A stretch of 64,000 nucleotides of DNA from the NCBI GenBank assembly GCA_035352955.1, contig DAOPYQ010000003.1, positions 12,901 through 76,900 of the forward strand. The letters are read 5' to 3'. This DNA comes from Candidatus Omnitrophota bacterium (GTDB lineage Bacteria > Omnitrophota > Omnitrophia > Omnitrophales > Aquincolibacteriaceae). A program made the translations under genes and the position numbers. Positions 9,717 through 19,891 of the stretch are shown here, piece after piece; the stretch's first letter is position 1; each line of letters starts with the position of its first letter. A model generated the notes under the pieces. It was given only the letters and a program-made list of their open reading frames with translations, had not been told where the DNA came from and ran no database searches.

Positions 9717-10717
9717 AAAAAGTTTTCGCGAATATGCGTTCGTAAGGAGGTAGAGCGTGGCCGGCTGAAAGCCGCTTCCACCTTGCGGCGGATATCATGG
9801 GGATCCGCTGGGTTCACATAGTCTGCGTAATCCGAAAAATATTCCTGAGTGGCGCCTTCACGAGTGATCACGACTTTTGCGCCGGCAAGTCCCGCTTCGA
9901 GCGCGGCTAGCCCTGGTGTCTCGAGCCAACTGGCGAGAAGAAACACGTTGCAAGCCGCATAAGCGGAACGAAGAAGCTCTGAATCGTGAGGAAGTCCACC
10001 CACGAAATGGATATTCGGTCCGGCCGCATCACGGCATGCCTTGTAATAATCCGGATAGGCCTTAACCGGATCTCCGATCAACACGAGATCGAGCGCGGAG
10101 CCATTGAGGGCCCGAACCATGCCCAACTGATTCTTTCGCGGTTCAATGCGCCCCACGCAGAGGATAAAATCCTTAAAGCCGAACTTGTTAATGAATAGAT
10201 CAGGCTTCGCGCTTTCAAAGATCGGATCTACGGCATTGGGGATCACCGTGATCTTGTCTTTGGGGATCCCAAAATAACGTTGAAGCTGGGCCGCTTCACT
10301 CCTCGAGTTCGGTAATAACAGATCCGCGAGTTCCATCATGTGTTTTCGGGATGACGGGATCATTGGGAAAAGCGACTTTGCGGCGTGGCGAAGGATGGCG
10401 CCGCTGCGTTTGGCGATGGACCCATGAATGTGGATCGCTGATTGCAAATTGTACCAACAGATCGTTGAAAGCACATTCTTGATCCCGGCGCGCTTTGCCG
10501 CCTGCATCATGGGAAGCGCATCCTTGACGGAACCGAAAGTGTGAAGAATATCGAAGTTTTCAAGCTGATCATGCCACGGATCGAATAATTTGATGCGGGC
10601 CCCTTCTTTTTCGAGGAATTCTTTTGTTTTAAGCAGGAGGATCTCCCCGCCCCCCGGAGATTGGAAGGCTGTCGGGTAAACATAAAACGCGACTGAGATA
10701 TCCTCGGCCTTAGTCAT
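9650..10717 (-). CDS. GT4 (GT-B fold) glycosyltransferase
   Basis: C-terminal 'ETPGLAALEAGLAGAKVVITREGATQEYF' (E-x7-E motif region). Confidence 0.75.
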   Translation of the reverse strand: MTKAEDISVAFYVYPTAFQSPGGGEILLLKTKEFLEKEGARIKLFDPWHDQLENFDILHTFGSVKDALPMMQAAKRAGIKNVLSTICWYNLQSAIHIHGSIAKRSGAILRHAAKSLFPMIPSSRKHMMELADLLLPNSRSEAAQLQRYFGIPKDKITVIPNAVDPIFESAKPDLFINKFGFKDFILCVGRIEPRKNQLGMVRALNGSALDLVLIGDPVKAYPDYYKACRDAAGPNIHFVGGLPHDSELLRSAYAACNVFLLASWLETPGLAALEAGLAGAKVVITREGATQEYFSDYADYVNPADPHDIRRKVEAAFSRPRSTSLRTHIRENFLWHQVAKKNLESYRLLLQNTTL

Positions 10718-11885
10718 TGTTTTGGAATTCGATCTTTCGTTTGGCCTTCAAGGATAAGGACTTGCCATCAAGGTATTTCGAAATGATGCGCAGAATCCTC
10801 TCGCAGGCTTTCCCATCGCCGTAAGGATTTGTGAGCGTCTTGGACCTCATTTGGGCGTAGGTTTGCGGCTTTACTAATAGTTGGGTCGTTTCTCTCACGA
10901 TCGTAACCGTATCTGTCCCCACCAATCGAGCCACCCCGCTATGGATCCCCTCAGTCCGTTCCGTCACATTTCGAAGCACGAGAACGGGTTTTTGAAAAGA
11001 CGGGGCTTCTTCCTGGATCCCGCCGGAATCCGTTAGAACAAGGTAGCAATGCCGCAGCATCCAAAACGTTTCCTCATAAGTCAGCGGACGGGTCAAATGC
11101 ACGCGTTGTATTCCACCCAGGATCTGGTGTGCGGGTTTGAAGACATTGGGATTCAGATGTACCGGATAGACGATCTCGACATCCGGGAATCGCTGCGCGA
11201 TCTTTTTGATGGCATGAAAGATTCCGTTCAGGCCTTGCCCGAAGCTTTCACGCCGATGCGCCGTCACAAAAAGAATGCGTTTTTGGGGATCAAGTTCACG
11301 GAATATCGGATACTGCGGATGAATATATTTTGAGGCCAATGAGACCGTATCCACGACCGTGTTCCCCACCTGATAGATGTCTTGCGCAGGAATCCGTTCT
11401 TTTAAAAGATTGCGGGTCGGCGTCCGCGTAGGCGTGAAATGAATGTCGGCGATATGGGATAACAAAGAGCGGTTCATTTCTTCCGGAAAGGGTTGAAATT
11501 TATTAAAAGTTCGAAGGCCTGCTTCCAGGTGGGCCAAAGGTTTGCGGGCGTAAAAACAGGCAATTCCGACCATGAGAGCGGTCGCGGTGTCTCCTTGCAC
11601 GAAGACAAGGTCTGGATCCCGGCGGCGAATGATCTCGCCAAAACGGGTAATGACCCTTCCGCTCACATAGGCAAGGGTCTGGTTGGTGCGCATAAGGTGC
11701 AGATCCTCATCAACTTTGATCTTAAAAAACCGGATCACTTGATCGACCATCTGGCGATGTTGCCCCGTGAGGCAGACATGGGTCTCAAATTCGCGGGAGT
11801 TATTTAAGGCGTGGATCAGGGGGACGAATTTTATGGCTTCAGGTCGTGTCCCAAACGCGATAAGGATCTTTTTTCTCATGGGCAC
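10710..11885 (-). CDS. wecB: UDP-N-acetylglucosamine 2-epimerase (non-hydrolysing)
   Basis: 'ILIAFGTRPEAIK', 'VQGDTATAL', 'HLEAGLRT', 'TDSGGIQEEAPSFQKPVLVLR' are canonical WecB/MnaA motifs. Confidence 0.85.
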   Translation of the reverse strand: MPMRKKILIAFGTRPEAIKFVPLIHALNNSREFETHVCLTGQHRQMVDQVIRFFKIKVDEDLHLMRTNQTLAYVSGRVITRFGEIIRRRDPDLVFVQGDTATALMVGIACFYARKPLAHLEAGLRTFNKFQPFPEEMNRSLLSHIADIHFTPTRTPTRNLLKERIPAQDIYQVGNTVVDTVSLASKYIHPQYPIFRELDPQKRILFVTAHRRESFGQGLNGIFHAIKKIAQRFPDVEIVYPVHLNPNVFKPAHQILGGIQRVHLTRPLTYEETFWMLRHCYLVLTDSGGIQEEAPSFQKPVLVLRNVTERTEGIHSGVARLVGTDTVTIVRETTQLLVKPQTYAQMRSKTLTNPYGDGKACERILRIISKYLDGKSLSLKAKRKIEFQNND

Positions 11886-11891
11886 CTTTGA

Positions 11892-13067
11892 TCAGATAAA
11901 AAAAGACATGTCGTAAGGCGCTTGCGAGTTCCGGAGTTCATCTTGGATGCACATGGCTTGGGCTGCGAACATCGTGACCCAGGCATTTACATGCTCATGG
12001 ACCGCTCCATTCTCCTCAGTTCCGTAGAGGAACCCTCCGGTCTGTGGCCCTTCTGTCATTTGGTAGGAATTCATCTTTGTTCGTAAACGGTCGAGGGCAT
12101 TCTCAAATCCGGTTAAAAGGCCACGGGACAGGCACACGGTCCCGATGCGAATTGCCTGCGCGAGAGTGTCGACGCGGATCGAAGGTTGAAAACGTCCGTT
12201 CCGAAAAAAGCAATAAAGAGAGCCGTCCGGATTTTGACGTTCAAGGATCCATTTCATGCCGCGCTCAACGGCGGGCCAAACCACGGCACGGTTGTCTGAA
12301 AGCCCATAGGATACAAGCCCTTCTAAGGTGTAGATAAAAGGATGCAGATGAGTGTTCTGCTCGTTATCTTGTGTGATAAAGCGACCGTCCGAAGTTTGGA
12401 TCGAAAGGGTCTTTGTAAGGAGCTGGTCGGCGGCTTTGCGATAGACGGCCGCCCCCGTCAGCTTAAATAAAAGCGCTAACGACATCAGGGCTTTAGCATG
12501 AAAGGACCCGGATTGCCGGGACCACTTATCGTTGAAAGCCTTGCTTTTTTTTTCTTTACAGTCATACAAAGGTTCGAAAAAACCGTCCGGTTTTTTCGTA
12601 TGGCGTAATAGAAAATCGGCAATGGAGACCGCAGCATTCAGAAAACGTTTTTCACCCGAGACGGCAGAAAGATTTGCGAGACCATAGACGATGACCCATT
12701 GGTCAAAAACAAAAAAACAATCATCGTAGTAGGCCTCGGACGTATTGCTCAGCCATTGTCGCGTTAAGACCAGCTCCGTCGTTGCGTCGCGGTTCTCAAT
12801 GAGCCATTGGCCCGCACGAATGGCGGCTGATAAATGTTTCTCGTTTTGGGTCCGGCGATAATAAAAAAGAAAAGCATTCACGGCATAGCCGGTGATCTCA
12901 GCGTAAATAAAAGGATACGACTTCGTCTTTAAGTCATACCAGGAGCAAACGCCTCCCTCCGTTTTCGGATCTTGGGATCGGACTTGAATGCCGGATTCAA
13001 GCAGCCACTGAAATGCTTTATGAACTGTCGGCGCCGTCACCGTTGAAAAACTATGCGAGGACATCAT
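11892..13067 (-). CDS. Hypothetical protein, possibly (alpha/alpha)6-barrel AGE-superfamily-like
   Basis: 391 aa soluble protein with weak resemblance to N-acylglucosamine-2-epimerase-like six-hairpin folds. Assignment is tentative. Confidence 0.3.
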   Translation of the reverse strand: MMSSHSFSTVTAPTVHKAFQWLLESGIQVRSQDPKTEGGVCSWYDLKTKSYPFIYAEITGYAVNAFLFYYRRTQNEKHLSAAIRAGQWLIENRDATTELVLTRQWLSNTSEAYYDDCFFVFDQWVIVYGLANLSAVSGEKRFLNAAVSIADFLLRHTKKPDGFFEPLYDCKEKKSKAFNDKWSRQSGSFHAKALMSLALLFKLTGAAVYRKAADQLLTKTLSIQTSDGRFITQDNEQNTHLHPFIYTLEGLVSYGLSDNRAVVWPAVERGMKWILERQNPDGSLYCFFRNGRFQPSIRVDTLAQAIRIGTVCLSRGLLTGFENALDRLRTKMNSYQMTEGPQTGGFLYGTEENGAVHEHVNAWVTMFAAQAMCIQDELRNSQAPYDMSFFI

Positions 13068-13068
13068 G

Positions 13069-13656
13069 TTAGCCTTTCTTTTTACAAAAGCCCCGAAGTG
13101 AAGGCCAGAGCGTTTTGCATTGCGGACACCGTTTTTTGGGGGTCTTCGTCAGTGATCTGTAGCCGCAGGTGCAGGTATAACCTTTAAATCTTGCGGGATT
13201 TCCATAAACCAAAGTGTGGGGCGGCACATTCTTGGTAACAACTGCGCCGGCGCCGATCGTGGCGTACTTGCCGATCGATACATCCGGAAGTACGGTAACG
13301 TTTGCCCCAATGACGGCTCCTTTTCCTACGATCCAAGAAACGCCTTTTAGATCACGCGTCGATCCGCTGCGCGGCCAAGGATCATTCGTAAAAACCGTTG
13401 CCGGACCGATGAAGACGTCATTTTCAATAACAACGCCGTGATAGAGCAACGCTTTGTTATGGATGCGAACGTGATCGCCTATCTTAACGTGGCGATCGAT
13501 GTAAACACCGTTACCGAGTATGCAATCCGTGCCGATGGAGGCATGCTCGGCAACTTGGCAAAAGGCCCAGATCTTGGTGCGTGACCCGACCTTGGCCGTC
13601 GGATGGATCAGCGCGGATGGCGCTATTAGGCTTTGACGCGATTTTGAAGATGCCAT
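13069..13656 (-). CDS. Left-handed beta-helix (hexapeptide) sugar N-acetyltransferase with C-terminal Cys4 zinc ribbon
   Basis: Hexapeptide repeats 'IGTDCILGNGVYIDRHVKIGDHVRIH...IGANVTVLPDVSIGKYATIGAGAVV'. C-terminus 'CTCGYRSLTKTPKKRCPQC'. Confidence 0.8.
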   Translation of the reverse strand: MASSKSRQSLIAPSALIHPTAKVGSRTKIWAFCQVAEHASIGTDCILGNGVYIDRHVKIGDHVRIHNKALLYHGVVIENDVFIGPATVFTNDPWPRSGSTRDLKGVSWIVGKGAVIGANVTVLPDVSIGKYATIGAGAVVTKNVPPHTLVYGNPARFKGYTCTCGYRSLTKTPKKRCPQCKTLWPSLRGFCKKKG

Positions 13657-14609
13657 TCGATATTTCTCTTGAGACCTTCCCGTATGCCGATCTCCGCTTT
13701 CCAGCCGAAAAGCTTGGAAGCAAGACGCGGGTCGCAGAGGAGTTTTTGAACTTCAGACATGCGCTTTTTAATGTGCGCGATCTTTGAGCTGCTGCCGCTT
13801 AGGGAAGTGATCAGTTCCGCGATCCGATTGATATTGATATGGGTTCCGGTACCGAAGTTAACAGCGCGTCCGATCGCCGCTTTGTGTTCTCCCATGACAA
13901 GGAACGCGCGGATCATATCATCCACATAAGTGAAATCCCGGCTCTGCTCCCCACTGCCATAGATCGTGATCGGCTGACCTTTGACTGCAAGATCGATGAA
14001 TTTAGGAATCACGTCATAAGTGTGTCTCGGTCCGTAAGTATTGAAAGGACGTATGATCGCCACGGGAAGACCATAGGTTAAATGATAGGAAAATGCGACG
14101 CGATCGGCCGCGACCTTTGACGCCGCATAAGGGGATGTCGGATTAAGAGGATGTTCCTCATTGATGGAGGGCTTTTGAGCCGTGCCATAGATCTCGCTGG
14201 AAGAAGTGCAGACGACGCGTTCTAAACGGCTGCATCGCATGGCGGCGTGCAGAATATTCATTGTACCGTGCAGATTCGTGGCCATCACTTCAAAGGGATG
14301 ATCGAACGAGTAAGGGACGTAAGCATCCGCGGCCAGATGAAAAATGACCTCCGGATTAAGTTTTTTGACCAAGGACACCGTATCATTACTTGAAATGTTC
14401 ACCGCGATGATCCGGGAGAGTTGCGGCTTAAGATGGGCGATATTCTTTAATTCGTATTTATACGTTCCACTGACGGAGGAACCGCGCACCAACACCGCAA
14501 CGCGCGCGCCTAACTGAAGCAACTTTTCAGTCAGATGGGACCCCATGAATCCATCCGCACCTGTAACAAGAACATTTTTGTTTTTCCAATGAGAGCTTTT
14601 AGAGGCCAT
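13626..14609 (-). CDS. NAD-dependent sugar epimerase/dehydratase (extended SDR)
   Basis: 'VLVTGADGFMGSHL' Rossmann motif and 'YAASK' catalytic motif. Confidence 0.8.
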   Translation of the reverse strand: MASKSSHWKNKNVLVTGADGFMGSHLTEKLLQLGARVAVLVRGSSVSGTYKYELKNIAHLKPQLSRIIAVNISSNDTVSLVKKLNPEVIFHLAADAYVPYSFDHPFEVMATNLHGTMNILHAAMRCSRLERVVCTSSSEIYGTAQKPSINEEHPLNPTSPYAASKVAADRVAFSYHLTYGLPVAIIRPFNTYGPRHTYDVIPKFIDLAVKGQPITIYGSGEQSRDFTYVDDMIRAFLVMGEHKAAIGRAVNFGTGTHININRIAELITSLSGSSSKIAHIKKRMSEVQKLLCDPRLASKLFGWKAEIGIREGLKRNIEWHLQNRVKA

Positions 14610-14752
14610 TTTTAACCCTTCGTGTAATATGCTGCTTTATGCTAATTCTTGCGCGAACAAACAGGGAATTCTAACAACTTCATGATGCTGGGGCAAGGTC
14701 AGAATACTGCCAATGGTTGGACCGTTCTCCTTTCCCCTTTTGCGTTGTTCTA

Positions 14753-15640
14753 TCAGGTTCTTTTGTAGCAAACGAATTGGATCTGAGCCGCGGTTGCCCA
14801 TGGCATGTATTTTTCGCACCAGCGCCCGATCGCCAATCCTACCCGATTCGCCTCATCGAAAGTTGTTTTATCTCGAAAGATATTTGAAAAAGAGATGACC
14901 GCGGCCGCATGATCCAAGGGATTGATCTCTTGAACATCAAATCCCTCTTTTTCGAGGACCGCGCGAAGTTCATTCCGATGAAAATATTGTTCCCAATAAT
15001 GAGAGTCCGCCGGCCGGCCGAATAACTTGCGCAGAACTTGATTACGCTTTAACCAGCGAAGCGGTGCCATGAGCTTCATGAAGAGATGATTTTGAGGTAC
15101 CGCGACCACGAAAACGGCGCCGGGTTTCAAAACCCGATGTGCTTCCCGGATCGCTTGTTGGGGGCCCGCCGTAAAGTGTTCAATGACGCCCAGAGAAATA
15201 TATCCGCCGAAATAGGCGTCCGGATAAGGGATGGCCGTGACATCCCCGACCTTAACCGGAAGTGACGGGTCATAGGCCAGTACTTTGGCGATGGGATCCT
15301 CATTGTAATCAATGCCTTCCACATCGAACCCGAGTTGCCTCAAGCGGATCAAATAAGGCGCAAGCCCGCAGCCGCCTTCCAGGATCTTTTCCCCTTTAGG
15401 AAGAACACGCAGAAAGATCTCCATTTGTTTTTGAACGCGCTCATAGAAAAAGATCTCGAGAATCTTCTCCATGGGAATGTCCTGCCAGTTCTTTTTCCAG
15501 GCATCCTTCGTGACTTGATCCGTCGCTTCGTTCTTTTGGGTTTTCATCGGGCCTAGTGCTTCAGGGTTTTTCCGTAATAAAGCGACAAGTTCAGCAGGCG
15601 TCTTAGACTCTTTAATACCGTGACGAACATGCGCCAGCAA
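14753..15640 (-). CDS. Class I SAM-dependent methyltransferase
   Basis: 'ILEGGCGLAPYL' motif I; 'GGYISLGVIEHF'. Confidence 0.7.
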   Translation of the reverse strand: MLAHVRHGIKESKTPAELVALLRKNPEALGPMKTQKNEATDQVTKDAWKKNWQDIPMEKILEIFFYERVQKQMEIFLRVLPKGEKILEGGCGLAPYLIRLRQLGFDVEGIDYNEDPIAKVLAYDPSLPVKVGDVTAIPYPDAYFGGYISLGVIEHFTAGPQQAIREAHRVLKPGAVFVVAVPQNHLFMKLMAPLRWLKRNQVLRKLFGRPADSHYWEQYFHRNELRAVLEKEGFDVQEINPLDHAAAVISFSNIFRDKTTFDEANRVGLAIGRWCEKYMPWATAAQIQFVCYKRT

Positions 15641-17004
15641 AACAAGGGATGCTTAAGGAGATACATGAGCTGTCTTAAGAGAAATGCCGGATTTTGATAG
15701 AACTTCTTATAGCTATAACAGTAAAAATCATGGATCTGCTGCGCGGTGACCGTGGGCAATTTCATGATAACGTTATAAAAATCATATTGAGCCCAGTCCT
15801 TGGTCGTGAGGTACCCGTGAGTGTCTGCCCACTTAAACATTTCGGTTCCCGGGTAAGGCGTGGTGATATTGAACTGTACAAGATCGGGTTTGGCGCTCAT
15901 TGCAAATTCCAATGTCTGTTTCATTGTCTCCGGAGTTTCACCCGGATTCCCGTACATAAAGGAAAGTCGCGTTCGGATGCCGGCTTTTTGCGTCATTTCT
16001 ACGACAGGCCGCACCTGGTTCAGATTGATGCCTTTACGGATATTCCGTAAGACGTCGAGATTTGCGCTTTCCACGCCGTAGCAGATCATATGGCAACCCA
16101 CTTTTGCCATTACCTTGAGCGTTTCCGGATCCGCATAATTGATCCGCGACATGCAGGTCCAAGTCACGTTGATCCTATTTTTTTCTAAAAGAGAACAGAA
16201 CGTGCGCACGCGGGCCGGATCCGAAGCAAAGGTGTCATCATAAAAACCGATCTCCTTGATCCCGAAACGCTGTTGCAACAGGGCGATCTCGTCGACAATA
16301 TTTTGTGGACTGCGGTAGCGCATGTGTTTGCTAAGAGAGCTGTGGCAATAGGTGCAGCGGCCCGGACAGCCGCGGCTTGAAAAGATCGAAATGCTCGGTT
16401 CTCTCAAAGCGCCTCCGAGCGGCGGATGGTAACGATGCATGGGAAGCAAATGATAGCTTGGGAAAGGCAGAGAATCGAGGTCTTTGATTTCATCGACCTC
16501 CGGATGTTCCCAATATTGGTCGTTTTCAAGCATCGAAAGGCCTTTGACGTTGATCTTATCCAAGCCCGCGAGAAGTTTTACGACGCTATGCTCCCCTTCT
16601 CCCCGGATCACAAAATCAGCAGCGCTTTCCCGCAGCACCTCTTCAGGAGCCAGGGTCGGATGGACGCCGCCAAAAACGATCCGAGTGTCCGGCCAAAGAG
16701 AACGTATGCGCTTTGAGATCGCATAAGCGCTTTTTGCCATCACAGTCGTGGTCGTGATCCCGACAAAGTCCGGCGCTTTTTCCGATGAGATATTTTCGTA
16801 AACGGATGGATCAGCTTGAAGGTCCATGATGCGGACTTCGGCCCCATATTTTTCAAGCGATGCGGCGATCAAAGCCAGCCCGATCGAAGGATAACAGCTC
16901 GCGACTTTGGCCCAGATGCTTTTAACCTGAATATTCCAAGCCGGATTGATCAGCAGAACGGACCTGCCTTTCAGATCCCACGTCTCCTGAACGGAAGAGT
17001 TCAT
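15553..17004 (-). CDS. B12-binding (class B) radical SAM enzyme
   Basis: N-terminal cobalamin-binding-like domain followed by 'SSRGCPGRCTYCHSS' (CxxxCxxC). Confidence 0.8.
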   Translation of the reverse strand: MNSSVQETWDLKGRSVLLINPAWNIQVKSIWAKVASCYPSIGLALIAASLEKYGAEVRIMDLQADPSVYENISSEKAPDFVGITTTTVMAKSAYAISKRIRSLWPDTRIVFGGVHPTLAPEEVLRESAADFVIRGEGEHSVVKLLAGLDKINVKGLSMLENDQYWEHPEVDEIKDLDSLPFPSYHLLPMHRYHPPLGGALREPSISIFSSRGCPGRCTYCHSSLSKHMRYRSPQNIVDEIALLQQRFGIKEIGFYDDTFASDPARVRTFCSLLEKNRINVTWTCMSRINYADPETLKVMAKVGCHMICYGVESANLDVLRNIRKGINLNQVRPVVEMTQKAGIRTRLSFMYGNPGETPETMKQTLEFAMSAKPDLVQFNITTPYPGTEMFKWADTHGYLTTKDWAQYDFYNVIMKLPTVTAQQIHDFYCYSYKKFYQNPAFLLRQLMYLLKHPLFCWRMFVTVLKSLRRLLNLSLYYGKTLKH

Positions 17005-17981
17005 GAGCGGTCCTTTTCGCCGGTCAGTGGTTGTCCGATCTTCGTTTGTTGGCAGGTCTTTGTAAGCACGCTGGTCATTTCAAGAATACGAAAATTCAAT
17101 GTGTGGATGATCGTTCCAGCGGAAATGAGAATGAGACAGGCTAAAATGCTCGCGGCAGACGTGATCATGTTAAAAAGACCGATGTTCTGCGATCCGCTTA
17201 AAACGCCCAAGACCACATGACTATGAGCAAAAACGCCGGCAAACAAAGCCAGGATCGCGAGAGTGCCGAAAAATGTCAGCGGTTTGTAAGCTTTGAATAT
17301 CCCGAGGATCTTTACGAGAACCCGGATGCCATCGCGGAACGTGCTTAACTTTGAACTGCTGCCCTCCGGTCTCTCTTTATAGGGGATCGGCACTTCTTGA
17401 ATAATGCAATGCCGATAGAGCAATTGAAGCGTCATTTCAGTCTCGAGATCGAAACCCGTTGCCACGACGGGTAAAGCGAGCGCGACTTCGCGCGTAAATG
17501 CGCGGTATCCTGACATGACATCCGATAATTTGGAGCCAAAAATCAAATTGATCAAATTGACGACGAGACGGTTACCAAAAACATGTAAGGGGCGGAAGGC
17601 CGTCATCGTGTAAGTAGACAGGCGCTGACCGACGGTCATATCGGCGCGGTTCAAAAAAAGAGGCTCGAGAAGTTTGCGGGCATTGTCTGCCGGATAAGTG
17701 TCATCCCCGTCGACCATGACATAATAGTCGGCCGCGATGGTGTTCAGCATCGTGGCGACGACAAACCCCTTCCCCTGTTTCTTCTCATGGAATACCGTCG
17801 CTCCGGCCTTGGCCGCGAGGGTCGCCGAATCATCGGTGCTGTTGTTATCAAAAACATAAATAGTAGCTTCCGGCAGCTCTTTTTGAAAATCTTTAACCAC
17901 TTTTCCGATCGTGAGGGCCTCGTTATAACAAGGTATCAGCACTGCAACGGATGGGGTCTTCATAAAACCTCCATTTGTCAT
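17001..17981 (-). CDS. GT2 glycosyltransferase (polyprenol-phosphate sugar synthase-like) with C-terminal TM helices
   Basis: 'VAVLIPCYNEALTI', 'FDNNSTDDS', 'VMVDGDDTY' motifs and C-terminal hydrophobic segments. 4-bp overlap with the upstream radical SAM gene. Confidence 0.8.
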   Translation of the reverse strand: MTNGGFMKTPSVAVLIPCYNEALTIGKVVKDFQKELPEATIYVFDNNSTDDSATLAAKAGATVFHEKKQGKGFVVATMLNTIAADYYVMVDGDDTYPADNARKLLEPLFLNRADMTVGQRLSTYTMTAFRPLHVFGNRLVVNLINLIFGSKLSDVMSGYRAFTREVALALPVVATGFDLETEMTLQLLYRHCIIQEVPIPYKERPEGSSSKLSTFRDGIRVLVKILGIFKAYKPLTFFGTLAILALFAGVFAHSHVVLGVLSGSQNIGLFNMITSAASILACLILISAGTIIHTLNFRILEMTSVLTKTCQQTKIGQPLTGEKDRS

Positions 17982-17988
17982 CCAAGGA

Positions 17989-19017
17989 TTAAGTCTTGGT
18001 TAAAAGGAATTCCGCGGTATCGCCACGATGTAACGTATTAACGAACCAGGCATAGGGAAAAAATAGCATTTTCAAGATCTCGCTGTTCCAAATGCGTTCG
18101 CACTGCATGAAATCGATCTTGCGGCGAAAGAAAGCGCCGAGAACAAAAATGATGCTAGCAAAAAAAGTGAATGAACCTTCCGCTGTCCGCGAGCAGACTA
18201 CATCAAAACCGGTCTTTTTGAAAAGTGTTTTAAGGTTCTGCACGGAAAACGCATAAACATGGCGAGGTACTTCCAGGGGCATCCAATATTTTCTGAAGAT
18301 CATGAACGTAAAAGAAGCGGCGTTCGGAACTTGGATCCGCAGAACGCCTCCTTTTTTGAGGACTCGATGCGCTTCCGCGAGCAACCGGTTGACATCAGGC
18401 ACATGTTCAATGACATGTGACATATTGATGACATCAAAAAAATCGTCGGGATAGTTCACATCCCATAGGTCCCCGCACCGCGTTTCGATCGCCGGTTGCC
18501 TGCTGTGTAGCCGATCTAAAGCGGCGCGACTGATATCGTTCCCAAAACAAAAGCAACCGGACTCGAATTTTTCGAGCAGGAACCTTCCGTCCCCGCACCC
18601 CACATCTAAAAGCCGGCAATCGCGGGGCGTGTCGAGCGGGCGGTTAAGATCAAGGAACTTTGAATACAAAAGGCAGTTACATGCTTCGATAGGATGCTTT
18701 AAAAAATGGAAGATCTTTTGCCGGCGGCTTTTGACAGGTTCCGCGCGGCGGGAGTTATCATAGGAGTAGTAGTCCTTGGGATAATATTGTTCCAGCGCTT
18801 TCCCTGTTAACGGCGGATAGAGAAAGATCAAACGGCATTTACGGCATTGATAAAGCTTGAACGATCCCGGGAGGTAATGCATCCGGTCTTTTCCATCGAA
18901 AAGGAAATCGAAATCTTCGTTGCCGCAGATCTTACATGGGGCGATGTTCACGCAACCTCCGGCACCATTGATACAAATCAGGGAAGAAACATTCCGCAAG
19001 GCCCAGGCATTTATCAA
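17989..19017 (-). CDS. Class I SAM methyltransferase with N-terminal Cys4 zinc ribbon
   Basis: 'CKICGNEDFDF...CRKCRLIF' followed by 'LLDVGCGDGRFL' and 'VIEHVPD'. Confidence 0.7.
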   Translation of the reverse strand: MINAWALRNVSSLICINGAGGCVNIAPCKICGNEDFDFLFDGKDRMHYLPGSFKLYQCRKCRLIFLYPPLTGKALEQYYPKDYYSYDNSRRAEPVKSRRQKIFHFLKHPIEACNCLLYSKFLDLNRPLDTPRDCRLLDVGCGDGRFLLEKFESGCFCFGNDISRAALDRLHSRQPAIETRCGDLWDVNYPDDFFDVINMSHVIEHVPDVNRLLAEAHRVLKKGGVLRIQVPNAASFTFMIFRKYWMPLEVPRHVYAFSVQNLKTLFKKTGFDVVCSRTAEGSFTFFASIIFVLGAFFRRKIDFMQCERIWNSEILKMLFFPYAWFVNTLHRGDTAEFLLTKT

Positions 19018-19891
19018 AAAGTGTATCTTTGCGAAGCCATAAATAGACGCGCAATAAAGATAAACGCTTTAAGAACGATTTTTTCTCGATGGAAGTGAAG
19101 AATTGTTCCACTCTTGGAAAATCCGCACCGAGACATGGCTTCAATAGCGCGAGCTCATTTTTCAGCTGACTCGCCGCCCTCTCAAAATCGGCAAAGGAAG
19201 GATAAAAGGCCCCAATATTATTGGCGGCATGTTGGCGGTATCGAACGAGGCGTTGGTTTGAAAAATCGATCTTTCCGCGAGTAGCGGCAAGGACGAAGGC
19301 CATGTGATCATGTATGAACGTGCTATGGGGCAACAATTTTATAAGAAGATCGCGGATCTCCTTGCGGAACATCATACAGCAGCCGGGGATAATATTTCTC
19401 AATAGGGCGAATTCTCCCCAAGGGCCTCCCCTGCGAGGGCGGATCCCTGCCATGCGCCAGAAAGACGCATGAAGGGTCCGAAGGTTTGAATCGCAGACCT
19501 CAAGGTCGGAATAAGCGAGCATCACGTTAGGGGCACGCATCAATGCAGCCAGAACCGAAAGCTTTTTGGACATCCAAACATCGTCCTGGTCCGCATAACA
19601 AATGAGCTCCCCTTGGCATAGAGATAATGCTTGGAGGAAATTTCCAACGATGCCTTTTTTGATTTCATTGCGGCGGACCTTGATCCTTGGGTCCGTTGCA
19701 GCGAATTTTTGAAGCAATTCAAAACTGCCATCGGTCGAAGCATCGTCGACCGCCACCAGTTCCCAGGAAACATGATCCTGCCCTAGGATGCTTTGAAGTT
19801 GTTCTTCAAGAAAGCGAGAACCGTTATAGACAGCCATCGCGATCGAGATGAGAGGCGCCTTTATGATTTCGGATCGCGCATTCCCATTCAT
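18932..19891 (-). CDS. GT2 glycosyltransferase (WbbL/rhamnosyltransferase-like)
   Basis: 'ISIAMAVYNGSRFLEEQLQSILGQ', 'VAVDDASTDGS', 'YADQDDVW' motifs. Confidence 0.75.
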   Translation of the reverse strand: MNGNARSEIIKAPLISIAMAVYNGSRFLEEQLQSILGQDHVSWELVAVDDASTDGSFELLQKFAATDPRIKVRRNEIKKGIVGNFLQALSLCQGELICYADQDDVWMSKKLSVLAALMRAPNVMLAYSDLEVCDSNLRTLHASFWRMAGIRPRRGGPWGEFALLRNIIPGCCMMFRKEIRDLLIKLLPHSTFIHDHMAFVLAATRGKIDFSNQRLVRYRQHAANNIGAFYPSFADFERAASQLKNELALLKPCLGADFPRVEQFFTSIEKKSFLKRLSLLRVYLWLRKDTLFDKCLGLAECFFPDLYQWCRRLREHRPM

